64,000 bases of DNA from Pecten maximus (Eukaryota): the NCBI RefSeq assembly GCF_902652985.1, contig NC_047029.1, positions 21,514,001 through 21,578,000 of the forward strand, in the 5' to 3' direction. The notes beneath the pieces were generated by a model. The model was not told the DNA's origin, did not search any database, and saw only the letters and a list, made by a program, of their open reading frames with translations. This document shows, piece after piece, positions 50,170 to 63,384 of this stretch. Each line of letters starts with the position of its first letter. The stretch's first letter is position 1. Made by a program: the position numbers and the translations under genes.

Positions 50170-51090
50170 AGAAGGGGGAATTCATGCCACTCAGGCTTAA
50201 TCTGCATCTTCAAAGCGATTACCAAACAATACAAAAACAAAAAAATTAAAACACACCAACATCATAATTACAGCGTCTGTCTTTATTCATTCATCATATC
50301 AACACATTCATCATATCAACACTTGTCCACTGGAAACCACGGCCTTGCCAAATTCACATTCTGGCCTGTCCATGCTGTTTTTGTCCCTCAGGTAAAATGT
50401 CCGGAAAGTACCTGCGGAAGGCCAATCATCACTTGTTAAATTTTTTTGTAAGGTCAAACCTGGCGCTGCTGCTGTAGATGTAGCTGCCCGACATACAGAA
50501 TGAGGCTTAAACTGTGAATCTACCCCTGCCTTCAACATTAACTCTGTTACCCATCTCGACAGAGTATCAGAAGAAATGTTTGTTCCTAATTTAAATGACA
50601 CTAATAGTTTGCTTGATTTCCTTACACCCTCTGTTCTTCTCTAGTACTATCTCAGTACCCTTAGTATACCCTTAGAGTATCAGAATAAATGTGTGTTCCT
50701 AATTTAAATGACACTAATAGTTTGCTAGATTTCCTTAAACCCTCTGTTCTTCTCTTGTACTCTCTCAGTACCCTAAGTACACACAAAACCTCCCTAGAAA
50801 ACCTTTTAACTGTTACTTTATAAAATGGTTTAGATGGCCTAGAGGTTTTCATAAGGTTTGGGATTATAAATAGAATTTCCTAAATACTGCATAAAATCAG
50901 TGTCCAAATTCACAAGAGTTTGTGCCCGATGTGCTGTAGGCAAAGCGAGTAAGCAAGCGAACGTCTTAGTCAACATTAGTAAATCTCAACATGACATAGG
51001 ATACACTGTTTCCAAAAATCTCAGAACACCGACATATCCCATGTAAATTCGTATCTTGGCTTGGGTTGTTAGAATGTGAACACTCCCCTC
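50170..51090 (-). mobile_element. DIRS-like retrotransposon relic, tyrosine recombinase 3' part (copy 1)
   Basis: ORF 50311-50601 SSDTLSRWV...KAGVD..FKPHSVCRAATSTAA..G....W.SAGTFRTFY is the catalytic C-terminus of a tyrosine recombinase. Contains frameshifts and an internal 113-bp duplication (50561/50674). Confidence 0.88.
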
Positions 51091-51094
51091 ATGA

Positions 51095-51520
51095 GCATAT
51101 CTACATTAAAATCACGATTAATCACTAGGAGAAATATCTAATGCTCTATCTATTGGAATGCGTAAGTTGTCCCAGAAAGGATTTACGGCATTGTCTGGTG
51201 TATGTATCGTACATATTGATATGCTAGAATCAGGTAACTCGACATTTATCCATTATATTTTATCTTCCGGAAATTCTAGACCTAACAAACGGTTTACTTT
51301 AAGACTTTCTCTAGCGTGTACTACAATCCCACTACAAGCAAATTTTGTGTCTAAACGGAAAAGGGATATAAAAACCCTTCAGATGAGAAATGTTCGTCTA
51401 AATGAGTTTCAGTCAAGTAGATAATATTATATTCATGAGCGATATTTTCAATATACTGAAGTTTATTTCGAACACTTCGTACGTTTAATTGAACAATAGA
51501 CAGCTCGTTTGGACATGGTT
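51095..51520 (-). pseudogene. CR1/L2-type LINE AP-endonuclease fragment
   Basis: LSIVQLNVRSVRNKLQYIENIAHEYNIIYLTETHLD, then FRLD..SGIVV..RESL...WI..., ending in DFNVDML (GDFN motif). Stops and frameshifts present. Confidence 0.85.
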
Positions 51521-51619
51521 CGATTCGATATCGATGTGGATAAGTAATATTAAAAACAAAAACAAAACAAAAACTCGATATTAAGTGATTCATAATAAAT
51601 GAACAGAACAATAGGGTGT

Positions 51620-52115
51620 AAGTACTTACTTTCTGAGTGCATTTATTTTCTTCATTCCTGAATTATAGATATAATCGACATGATCAGACCACTTTCAACC
51701 TAAATGCATCATCGACGAAAAGACGAGATGAAGGACCTAGAATTTAAGGGATATCGTTGATGTATGTAAAAAAAGTAAGGGTCGAGAATAGAGCCCTGAG
51801 GCACTCCTACCTTAACGTAATCAATGGAAGAAACCGAATCAGCAATGAAAACTCTCTTATTTCTATGGTAGAGATAACAGGTTTCCAGAAATACCGGAAG
51901 ATTTCAATTTTGCCAGTAGACCCAAATGACAAACCTCAAAAACCTTTGATAGGTAAAAAAGAGAAGACATGTTTACCCTTTTTCTCTATTGCCTTACAAG
52001 CATTATAACAGTAGAATGACCTTGCATGAAACCAAACTGGTGTTCATAAAAGAGAGAATTTATGATAAAATAATTGTGAACATGTTTAAAAATAACCCTC
52101 TCAAAAACTTTGCCT
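51620..52115 (-). pseudogene. CR1/L2-type LINE reverse transcriptase fragment
   Basis: GKVFERVIFKHVHNYF..NSLFYEHQFGFMQGHST, GVPQGSIL, YINDIP and RLFVDDA in broken frames. Confidence 0.88.
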
Positions 52116-52119
52116 ACGG

Positions 52120-54050
52120 AGGATGATCCCCTCTCATCCGAGTATCTCCGATACGATGAAAGTTCTCTGAAATGAACGCCCGAAGGCTGGAGGGTTGAAT
52201 CTGCATATTGCCAACCTTTAGGAGCGCGACCTTGACCTCTAAAGGTTTAAACAAAAATATCCACTAGATCCGGGTATCTGGCCTTCTCAGGAACTCTATA
52301 GAACACACGACACGTCACTTCTCCATGCTTCTTCAAAGGTATATTTGTTGGTAATTAAAAACCACTGTGGCGGGAGGGTGGGTATTCAACCGTCCAGCCT
52401 TCGGACTTTCATTTCAGAGAATCTCCCTCATCCCTCGTATCGGAGATACTCGAATGAGGGGGGATTCTCTTTCATTCATTCTATTCATTCAAGCATCTCC
52501 GGCTTGTCGGGTTGAATCCGCATCTTCAAAGCGAGTACCCAACAATACAAAAAACGAAATTAAAAAAGACCAATATCATAATTACAGCGTCTGTCTTTAT
52601 TCATTCATCATATCAACACTTGTCCACTGTGGAAACCACGGCCTTTCCAAATTCACATTCTGGCCTGTCCATGCTGTTTGTGACGCTCAGGAATTTTTTG
52701 TAAGGACAAACATGCCGCTGCTATGAATCAATCCCTGCTTTCAGCATTAACTCTGATGCCCATCTTGACAGAGTATCAGTAGAAATGTTTGTTTCTAATT
52801 TGAATGACACTAATAGTTTGCTAGATTTCCTGAAACCCTCTTTTCTTACCAAATACTCTCTCATTACTCTTAATACTCAAAAACTTTCCATAGAAAACCT
52901 TTCAACTGTTACTTTATGAAACGGTTTAGATGACCTAGAGATTTTCATAAGCTTTTATACTTTCCTGCATAAAAGTAGCGTTGAAATTCACAAGTGTTTG
53001 AGCCCGCTGTGTTGTAGTCAAAGCGAGTAAGCAAGCCAATTTCCTAGTCAACGTTAGTAAATCTAAACTTGACATAGAAGACAGTGTTTCCAAAAATCTC
53101 AGAAACATTTACACATCCCATGTAAATTCGTATCTTGACTTGGGCGGATTAGAATTAAACACTCCCCTTATGAATCTAGACAACAACTGGTTATTCACCA
53201 TGTGATCACTCCCTAACACTGCGAATGTCTGAGTCAACATACTTATGTGGGTATTAATGACACTATACGATTTCCCACTATCAACCATAGGTGTTAAATA
53301 ATCCATCACTTGCGCGACAGATGGACAATTAGAATTAACTGACCATCCAACACAGCAAGGCTTCCAGTTGTTCCATGCAAGATCGTGTTGTTTTTATAGT
53401 TTACTTCCCACCACTGAATCTCACTTCGAGTCATAACTGGCAATGTAAATAACATCATCATAGGATGCTCCAGCAGCCAAACTGCCTGTCTTAACTTTAT
53501 CTGAAACCCTATAATAGAGTCCAGCCAACTTGACTGCCCTTAAAGACGATGTGAACAACCTTATCAAACCTGCCAGGTCCCGTAGACATACCCCAAATGT
53601 ACAATGACTGTATCCGCCTTAAAAGATTACTTTTCCTGATAAATCTGAAACTCTGCAATTTTTAACTTATTAGCTAACACCAAATAATGTCTTTCACATT
53701 GATCTTTCTCAGCCGCCTTTACAAGGGAATCAGCGATGTAGCAAAATCCACAAATACCGCTGCTACGAATGTTAGCAAAAATTGGTTTGAGAAATTTAGT
53801 AAACACCCTTGGCGCAATTGTTTAACCAAACGGCAAAGTCACAAATTCATACAACATTCCTCTCAATTCAATTTTCAACACTACCTAGCCATGGAAATAC
53901 TAAAGTATGCATCTTTCAAATTAATTGAAGAGAAATAATCACCCTTCTCAACTGACTCCAATACCACATTAAGGGTCTCCTGTTTTAAATTATGGTAGGC
54001 TACAAACTCATTCAACTTTTTAAAATTACTTAATGTTACTTTCGGCCTAG
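52120..54050 (-). mobile_element. DIRS-like retrotransposon relic (RT, tyrosine recombinase, terminal inverted repeat) (copy 2)
   Basis: At 54030-53580: KKLNEFV..ETL..VL..VEKGDYFSSINLKDAYF, LYEFVTLPFG*TIAPRVFTKFLKP and YIAD (decayed YIDD). At 53309-53109: recombinase N-part SYSVINTH..SRFIRGVFNSNPPKSRYEFTWDV. Inverted repeat 52126-52200/52384-52467. Confidence 0.9.
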
Positions 54051-54477
54051 AGAGCTTTCGGATGTTACATGTAGCATTTATTTACATAGGCCACCACAAA
54101 AATAAAGCAACTTCACAAGTTAAGAGAGTAATATTTTATAATTAAAAACAAATGCTATAAGAGCTATTCGATCAAATTGTCAATGTCGTCACACTCACAG
54201 GGGCTCGTTGCCAATTTTTCAGAAATGCAAGACATGACAACATTAAAAGTCCAGTATTTCTAAAAAAAAAATCTTGTAAAAAATAATAAGTTACGACAGG
54301 GTTTATGATTGTGTACACGTATGTATACTGGATTTTAGTTTTGTGGTTATTCACTGATGTCAAATGCTAACTTACAAAATCGAGCCCCTGTGAAGTTGAA
54401 CATCGTCTGCTAAGTTAGCGACATTGATGTAACCAGTTAAACTGGAATCTGTTTCTAACGAAATATCCTTGGAATCG

Positions 54478-54677
54478 GGGCCAGCGGTGGCCGAGTGGTT
54501 AAGGTGTCACTAGCCCTTCACCCCTGGGTTGCGAGTTCAAAACCTACGTTGGGCAATTGCTAGGTACTGACCGTAGGCCGGTGGTTTTTCTCCGGGTACT
54601 CCGGCTTTCCTCAACCTTGCACGTCCTTAAATGACCCTGGCTGTTAAAAGGATGTTAAACAAAATAAACCAAACCAA
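54478..54677 (+). mobile_element. tRNA-derived SINE (family B) with 13-bp TSD
   Basis: Perfect TSD atccttggaatcg (54465-54477, 54678-54690). Has a small deletion in the head relative to the other copies. Confidence 0.93.
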
Positions 54678-55126
54678 ATCCTTGGAATCGTTTTCACCTG
54701 CTGTCAAGACGACTTTCATTCAGAATTTATGAGCTCATATTCTTCTGAAAATAACGTAAATCCAGTCGATTGAGACACAAGTGTTTCCGAGGAATCGAGT
54801 CTGTCCTGTACAATACCCGTTCAACGCCGTATCACTTCTAAATGTTAACCATATATCATAACGCAGAAAAACGGCTTTGATTTTAAGCGATAAGAAATTA
54901 TGCAATTCTGAACAATTTGACGATATCTACAGACGTATATGAAATTAAGAATAAAGCTAAATTCGTGCAAAAACTTTTTGCTATTAATAACGACAGGGGC
55001 TATATTATTCCTAGAATTTCGGTTGTTCCGGTATTTCAACTCGATGACGTCAGTGATGGGTAAGCGACAAATTTAAACGCGTCATAACCAACAGTAAAAA
55101 GAATATGAATGTAAATATAAGTATTA

Positions 55127-55262
55127 AACTGTTACCAAATGGTAGTATACAGTCGCTATGAATACAATTTGGGTGACAGATAAATATTTCATGTCCTGAT
55201 TCTATTTATCTGTCACCCAAATTGTATACATATCGACTGTATACTACCATTTGTTAGCAGTT
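55127..55262. repeat. Long near-perfect inverted repeat (60-bp arms, 16-nt loop)
   Basis: Arm 55127-55186 is the reverse complement of 55203-55262 with about 4 mismatches. Confidence 0.95.
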
Positions 55263-55899
55263 CAATGTTTCAACATACAACTTTTATACGGTGCGTGTAC
55301 AAGTATCAACGTACACCTTCATATGTTACATGTAGAATGACTGACAGGCAGATAGACATATATAACAGATACTTTTCTCGTGTACGTTAAGTTGGAAATA
55401 AAATATGAGGAAAATGTCCAATCCCGCTTTCGGGTGGGCATGTGAGTGATCTTTCCTACCGAGCCGGTTAAGGACTGACTTATCACTATTCAAAGCATTC
55501 AACTGTTACAAATATCTATAACTTTCATGCCGTAGTAAGCTTTCTCCAAGTTCATTCCGTTCCTTCTGGTATATCTGTTTTGTCCTCGCCGTTAGAGTAT
55601 GGGAAGACCAAGATCACTGACTACCCTAATACTCTAATGATTTTACTTCTTCACATATGTACTAAATAATTCATATCAAAATCATGGAATGCGTGTACAC
55701 GTTTTATACGAGCGCTCCTGCACCCATACATCCACCTTACATATACACACAAACGCAAATTCACACACCCTGACGCGCTAAATCCCTCACTCTAACATAC
55801 CTAAACACTCACACACATAAAACGACAAATTACTATAATGACATGAAAAAGAGTAATCCTCCATATATATATATCTACTTGTACCTAAATAAATGTATA

Positions 55900-57300
55900 T
55901 TTGGGAAATCCTTACATGTACCTACATGTATTTATTAGAATTTTGTTTTTATAAAACTTACATTTTACACATACATGCGAAAACAGGCACTTTGCATGCA
56001 TGCATCTGTTCGAAAGATCTTTAACTTTACATATTTATACGTACGTATATCCTTTCATGTATACCCATAGGGAGGAACATGTAACATACATGAACATTGT
56101 GGAACCCTATTTTTGTATATGTACATACATGAGGAATGTTGTACATATTTATTTTGGAAATATGATATCTTGCTTTTATATGTACATGTATGTAGTAAAA
56201 CATGTACCTTATTTGATGTATAACTATGTGCGAAATCATTACCGTACATGTATACCTATGTGGTAAATCATGAACCCTACTTGTATACTTAAGTGAGGAT
56301 CGTGTACAGTACATGTATACCTATGTTGGAAATCATGTACCTTACATGTATACGTATGTGGGAAATCATGTACCATTATTACATGTATACGTATGTGGGA
56401 AATCATGTACACTTGTCACATGTACACCTATGTGGGAAAACATGTACCTTACACGTATACGCATGCTGGAAATTATGTACTATTATTACATATATACTTA
56501 TGTGGGAATCATGTACCTTTATTTCATGTATACGTATTTGAAAAATCATGTACCTTACATGTATACCTATGTGGGAAATCATGTACCATTATTAAATGTA
56601 AACCTATGAAGGAAATCATGTACCTTACATGTAAACATATGTGGAAAATCATGTTCTATTATTACATGTATACCTATGCGGGAAATCATGTACCATTATT
56701 ACATGTATACGTATGTGGAAAATCAGGTACCTTACATGTATACCTATGTGGGAAATCATGTACCTTACACGTATACGAATGTGGGAAATCATGTACCATT
56801 TTTACATGCATACGTATGTGGGAAATCATGTACCTTTATTACATGTATACGTATACGTATTTGGAAAATCATGTACCTTACATGTGTACCTATGTGGGAA
56901 ATCACTTGCCTTACATGTATACGTATGTGGGAAATCATGTACCATTATTAAATATAAATCTATGTGGGAAATCATGTACCTTAAATGAATACCTCTGTGG
57001 GAAATCATTTGTATACGTATGTGGGAAATCATGTACCATTATTACATGTATACGTATGTGGGAAATCGTGTACCTTACATGTGTACGTATGTGCCATTAC
57101 GACATGTATACGTATGTGGGAAATCATGCACCATTATTACATGTATACGTATGTGGTAAATCATGTACCATTATTACATGTATACGTATGACAGAAACCA
57201 TGTACCTTACATGTATATCTAAGTCAGGATGGTGTACAGTACATGTATAACTATGTGGGCAATCATGAACCATAATTTCATGTATACCTAAGTGAGGAAA
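55900..57300. repeat. 33/37-bp minisatellite with degenerate flanks
   Basis: Unit acatgtatacgtatgtgggaaatcatgtac followed by ctt or cattatt. Confidence 0.93.
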
Positions 57301-57864
57301 CGTGTAACGTTTGGGTGCTAAGGGACATACTTCTGTTTTAGGATTGAGATACCCGAACTAAACTTTGCGTAGGTTAAAATAGAGACACTTTATACATGTT
57401 GAAATACATCTTTTTAGATTTAACATCCATGCATTTGAAAATTGGCTTAACAAGCAGTGGTAGTGTTGTTTTAAATACGAATTCGGTAAAGCATTGTATT
57501 GGCAAAATAACATAAAACAAAGATTGAATATATGGAGAGGAGAGTGCATTTCTATCAATACTCTCATATACGTAGGATACAACTATACTGTTTAACTAAC
57601 ATATTGATAGCCGGTGTTTGATCATCAAACGAAATTATTTTCTAGACAGGACATTTTAACAATCGATAGAAAGGTTTGGGGTCGTATAATTGTAGGAGTA
57701 AAGTGAAACCTTTCAAGGGAACGCTAATTACTACAGAACGTGTCATAGCTGTAATCACCATACAAAGATAACGGTACATATATTACCCATTCTTTATACA
57801 AGTCAGGTGTACTGTATAGGTACAAATATGTACGAACGCGCGGTAGTACCATATAAAATGTCAG

Positions 57865-58030
57865 TGTATGGAGGAACGGAGGTGATACATAATCATATTT
57901 TAAAATGCATAGGAGGCAAGAGATGACAGGTGAAAACGCAACTGTATGGAGGAACGGAAGTGACGCATAATCATGTTTATGTATGGGAGGCAGGAGATGC
58001 CGGATAAAATGTCAATGTAAGGAGAAGTGG
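57865..58030. repeat. ~78-bp direct repeat, ~2 copies
   Basis: tgtatggaggaacgga(g/a)gtga..cataatcat...ggaggca(a/g)gagatg repeated. Confidence 0.75.
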
Positions 58031-58417
58031 GGGTGTCGGGTCAACATGGAACTACATAAGAAGTTTGTGGAAGATGTACTGTTTCACATGGTACTGGGTT
58101 GAAGGACGGGGTAATGCAAGTTCAGGAGAAGTGATATACATGTATATGGAAGACCAACGTGCAATAGCAACTAAATGTTGAAAAAGGTGTCGAGCAGTCA
58201 TATGGCGGTTTAAGAAAGGTGATGGGGCCGCATCTAAAGGTATTGCATAGATGAGCAGCAATGCATTATCTATATAGCGCGTCTGCATAATATGTAATGC
58301 GACAATCTGTGTCCGCAAGAAAACTTCATATCATCTCATAGACGATGTCACTATGATCATGTCATGGTATCGGGCCGACCATCACTGCGCCATTGACATG
58401 TTTCTTTTTAAGAACAT

Positions 58418-58540
58418 GGATATGGCAGAGTGGTAAATGCTGCAGATATTTCTGGCTAGGCGATTGGGTGCCGTAGATTGTGAGTTCGAGGCCGGGTCAG
58501 GGCACGAGTCATAAAGTTTTTCCCCTTCGTCATTTGTGTT
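58418..58540 (+). mobile_element. tRNA-like head (Pol III A/B boxes), probable fourth SINE family
   Basis: tggcagagtgg ... gagttcgaggcc. The spacing is too long and there is no acceptor stem for a true tRNA. Confidence 0.45.
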
Positions 58541-58633
58541 ACTATGCTATATATCTAATCAATTAGAATAATATATCATATGCATTATGTGTTGTTGATC
58601 CCAAGATAAAGATGTGAATTTCCTGTCTTAGTT

Positions 58634-59022
58634 GTACATGAACATCTAACAACATCCCATAAGGGGTCACGTCGGGGTGACCTCTGAGATGTGTGTATTT
58701 CACTTTCAGGGCAAATTGGCAATTTGTCGATGTCATCGAAGCAAAACATTTCGTCACAGCATGCATATGAAGCAAACCATTTCGGCACAGTATATACCTA
58801 TATGCTTTTTGGGACGAAATGACTTGAAACAAATTGACAGATTATACCAGCTATGCACTCTAGTCATGCTAATTCGGACATAAAAAAATTCACTTCCAAG
58901 ATTCTGGAAGTAGTCATTTGATTGGCTAATCCAAATGGTCACCCTGACGTTACCCCTTATGGGATGTTGTTAGATGTTCATGTAACGTAGTGAGAATGAC
59001 CATCTAGATTTTAATTAGATTG
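58634..59022. mobile_element. Long-TIR MITE copy 3, inverted relative to copies 1-2, left TIR truncated
   Basis: Reverse complement of 22417-22805. Right end ...ccatctagattttaattagattg is intact. Confidence 0.9.
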
Positions 59023-60385
59023 ATATATCATATGCACTATGTGTTGTTGTTCCTAAGATAAAAATGTGTTCGATTTTGGATCAATCGAAATGGTCGACCA
59101 TTAACACAATCTCAATGTGTAATATGTGTTGTCCTCTTTCGACTCATAATCAATTATCAAGAATAGATTCTATAAAGATCATTTGTATACTTTCGACAAA
59201 AGAAAGACACAATTGGATGTAAAGACGTCAAAAAAGTTCTGCTTAATTATTTATTTTTTTGTTGGTTATTACTTTATTTTCATTACAGGTAGAACCAGAC
59301 GGACCTTGTTCTATATACTTGCTAATTTTATGAGTACCTGTGATATCACAGAATACCAAGCTGATTGAACGATATAAATCGGCTATTCCTGTTTGTACTA
59401 TACATATATCACAGCACAAAATTCTGCCAATCTAACGTGAACATACTTTATTCGTTATGTTTGTGACCCTCGATGGTAATTAGCGAGATTCTATACCAGC
59501 CTTGGATAATTACTGTCGCACTACGACTGAAGCGTAGGATTGCCTCGAGATTAGCCAGTACCTCTTACAGCGTCTTATCGGTGAAAACAGCCTATCAGAA
59601 TGGAGCAAGCCAATCACAAATATGTTCAAATTTACAACTTGACACTAATTATTTCAGTCGATTTTTATAATAAAAATACACATTTTTTTAAAAACTTGAA
59701 TTTACTTACAGCATTGGTAATAAATAAAGCTACTTCTCATATAGTTTGAACATTTCATAGATATGTTACGGGAGCAATGTTTCTCCTAGAATGTTCATTC
59801 TTTTTTAATTGACCTAACCTACCTTTTAAGAACATGTGCAGATGTTCAATATACATATACCTACCTGACGTACATGATAATATCTCCTTTGTGTGGGATT
59901 TTATGTTTGTTTACTTACTTAATAATTGGACCGAATTGTGTACTTAACTGGCCTTTATCACGAGCACGTGCTGTATATAACATCTATGACGTCACAGATT
60001 TTCCTCATCAGTACATATTCACGAAGCGCGTGATGGACTTGTTGATTATCCTCTATATGTTGGCTGCGGCTTAGTTTAGTTTTGCATATTTCTTATCAAA
60101 ACAGTGACCATTAATCCGGCTATCGCACATAACTTCGCCACAATTATTCTTTTGGCATATTGCTACGATTAAAGTATGACGTTTGCTACGACAGTCATTT
60201 TGTGCAATAGTTACGTGTTTAGAACAATCAACGACTTTACCGATTCGCAGTGGTTTAGTATAACATATCCGAATTCCACAATAATAATTCCGTAATACAT
60301 CTGAGCGTGAATCCAATTGAGGTTAAAACAAAGGACCTCGATATTATCGGAAACCGTATATGTTATAAAAAGACATCGTTCAATA

Positions 60386-60583
60386 TACTGTAAATATACT
60401 TGCTTTGACGCACTCAAATCTTAGCGCAAAACTAAATTAAAACAGATTAATTAGCATACCAGCAATGATTGCGATAGAAACAGATGTAGATTAACTACAA
60501 TTAGCGGAACAATAATTTAGCGGAATGCTCCAGCGCAAAAAATGCCAAATCAAAAGCTCCGCTAAAATATCACGTTTACAGTT
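60386..60583. mobile_element. Possible short-TIR MITE relic (tactgtaaa...tttacagt)
   Basis: Inverted termini plus internal ttagcg/cgctaa motifs. Degenerate. Confidence 0.4.
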
Positions 60584-62454
60584 AGTCAGGATATAGATAC
60601 GCGTGCGGGTTGTTGTTGTGCCCAATTATGTTGCTCATTGGCATATTCATGAAACATATATTACTCTATATTGTTGCAATTTTGTACATTCCGATGACGT
60701 TGCATTGTTTACAAGTTTTACAACGTGCCTACACAGCCTAACACAAAGTCTGCATGTTGCTGTTACTAAAAATTTGAATTGAATTGAATTGTTAAGTTAG
60801 TTAGTTAGTTAAAGTGCTCAACGGCCCATCAACACTATAAAGGTCATTAGGGCCAAAATAAGTAATTAAAATACGAGCAAAAACGGCAAGAGACATAAAT
60901 CAACGAAATATTTAAAAAATGTAGATATATATCGGTACACTCGCGATAGGTTTATAATAAAAAAATGTGGCTATGGTTAGTCAAATCTTGTGATGAAGGC
61001 CAATTGTATCCAACATAATAATTGATAAAATGAGGCTTTTTTTTGGATAGGAAACTGACTAATTGATGTATATTTTGCTGTGCACCTGAATGATTTCCGC
61101 AACCAATTGGCAGAAGGCTCGATTGTGAAATAAAAATGCCGTACTTGGTCATTTTCTCCATAATGAATTGACTTGTTTATGAAGATAAATGTTAAAATCA
61201 TAAACACAGTACTTTTCAAGTAAACATTAATCTACTCTTTCCATTGATTAAGATACCCCACCGAAAGAGGTGATATGGAGTTTCACTTTGCGAAAATCTC
61301 TAACAAGATGCTAATGTTTACCAGTCTTGTTACGTACTAAAAGTGTATTGAGCACGACAACCAGATAATACTAGTGCTGTATTTAAGGTGTTTGAAAAGT
61401 GTAGGACGACATTAACAATGATGCGTGAACTTATTTTAATGACGTCATCTGATATCATACAAAATATATGACGTTTTCAGCTATCCCTATCCTATGACGA
61501 GTGATTCAGAAATCCATCAGGAGTTTATAGGTACTTTAAGTTAAAATCGCTTTGCTCCTCGTGAACATTTGAATACATTATATTTATGCTGTATATTAAC
61601 AGTATTGATAGTAAAACAGACTCGTTTTTGAGTATGAAGAAAAATGTTTCCAATAGTTTCCGTTGTCTATAGGACGAATGTTTGCCATGGTTACAATATT
61701 GTATACTTACTTCCCAAGCCAATGCTCTTCATGATAATTTATATAAATCATAAAGAGAAACAATATTGAAGAATTCCAGCTATTTATTCCAGAGTTAACA
61801 TCAGATAATCGCCACTTGAAATTCGTTTGTACGTAAGCCATGCATTTCATGACAAGACCCGTATCAAAACCATACGTCACTTTTTAAATAACTTTATTTA
61901 TTATATTCCTTGTTAAAATTGCTTTGAAGCATTTGGGATACAAACATTGAAATAGAAGTCGAAATCATATAGTCAACAATCAACTAATCAAAGTCATTTA
62001 ACGATGGGAAGAATATCATGAATTGGCAATCAAGTGTTGCATTAACACTTGAAAGTAAAACCTACTTTATCCCCGCATCACCTGCCTTCGTTGTTTACAT
62101 GTCCCATATGATTCGACAATCGAGGACTTGTTCCCATTATCACGATTTTCGTGACAAGTGTCGACTAACGACGAGGACATTAACAACACATTGTTTCGTG
62201 AGATGCAGGTTGATGTGACAATGGCACAGTTTAATGGTCGAAATCATGATCTCGTTTGGAAAGATTTGATTTCCTTATGCGATATGAAATCAGACGTTTT
62301 CTAATCTTGTTGAAATACCTGTCACTACCCTAACTTTCATTTTCAGAATGAGACTTAACCTGGATTTGACCTAACTTTCTATGGTGGTGTGGTCATTCAA
62401 GTACGATGGCCGACAGCGGCCGCCAAATACCAACTACAGAGTAATAGATTTGTG

Positions 62455-62730
62455 TACATGTACATTTTCTACACGTACAGTGCAACTACTCAATATTTCA
62501 TAATGCGTGCATGTACATTTTGCAACTTGGCATGTACAGTACAATTACTCAATATTGCATAATGCGTGCATGTACATTTTGCAACTTGGCATGTACAGTA
62601 CAATTACTCAATAGTGCATAATGCGTACATGTACATTTTGCAACTTGTCATGTACAGTACAACTACTCAATATTGCATAATTCGTACATGTACATTTTGC
62701 AACTTGTCATGTACAGTACAACTACCTAAT
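62455..62730. repeat. 59-bp minisatellite, ~4.5 copies
   Basis: Unit catgtacattttgcaacttggcatgtacagtacaattactcaatattgcataatgcgtg. Confidence 0.93.
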
Positions 62731-62854
62731 ATCCATTAACATTCCTAACATTCCACGATTTGACGGTATGAAATTGAGGTTAATTGGTGTAGGAGGATAC
62801 GTGTTACATAGGGTTGAGCACGTGGTGACAAACTTATATTCCGAATGCCTTTTA

Positions 62855-62925
62855 GCCCGAAGACTCAATAGTTCGAAGACCCAACAGTCCAAAGGCTCGA
62901 TAGTCCGAAGGCCCGCTAGTCCGTA
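62855..62925. repeat. ~16-bp tandem repeat (ccgaaggcccgatagt-like), ~4 copies
   Basis: ccgaagactcaatagt tcgaagacccaacagt ccaaaggctcgatagt ccgaaggcccgctagt. Confidence 0.75.
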
Positions 62926-63384
62926 ATAGGTAAATATACTACTACATGTTGTGCAGTAATGTTGATATTTAGTTTTATATTGGCATTACTCAAAATTTTT
63001 GATATATCTTTTTTTAACCCTATTGTGAAAAATAAGAAATTAAAGATAAAGACCGATTCAAAATCAAATGGTTCAAAAGAAACTTTCACAGATAAAGATT
63101 TGGAGCGAAAAAATCAACAGAAATAAACAGAATAAAAAAGCATGCGTGGCATGCGCAGAAAAAGTTCTTGGCGCGTAAACACAAACATTTTGAGCTTTTT
63201 ACAGTTCTCGGACTTGATAGATTTCTACATACCTAACAGACTATCGTGAATCAGAAACTGAAAGAAAATGTGTATTTATGAAAGTATACGGGGAATTCCC
63301 AAAAATAATGACTGTGGCTGCCGGGCCAAGTTTCTCTGAAAATTAGTCCCTGAATGCAACGGCGGGTTTTACAGTCCATACAAA

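Noticed and set aside
56000-57250. 285-aa and overlapping Cys/His/Tyr-rich ORFs suggestive of zinc fingers
   Set aside because: All frames are open because the minisatellite is poor in stop codons. The peptide switches among three frame patterns and has no C2H2 spacing.
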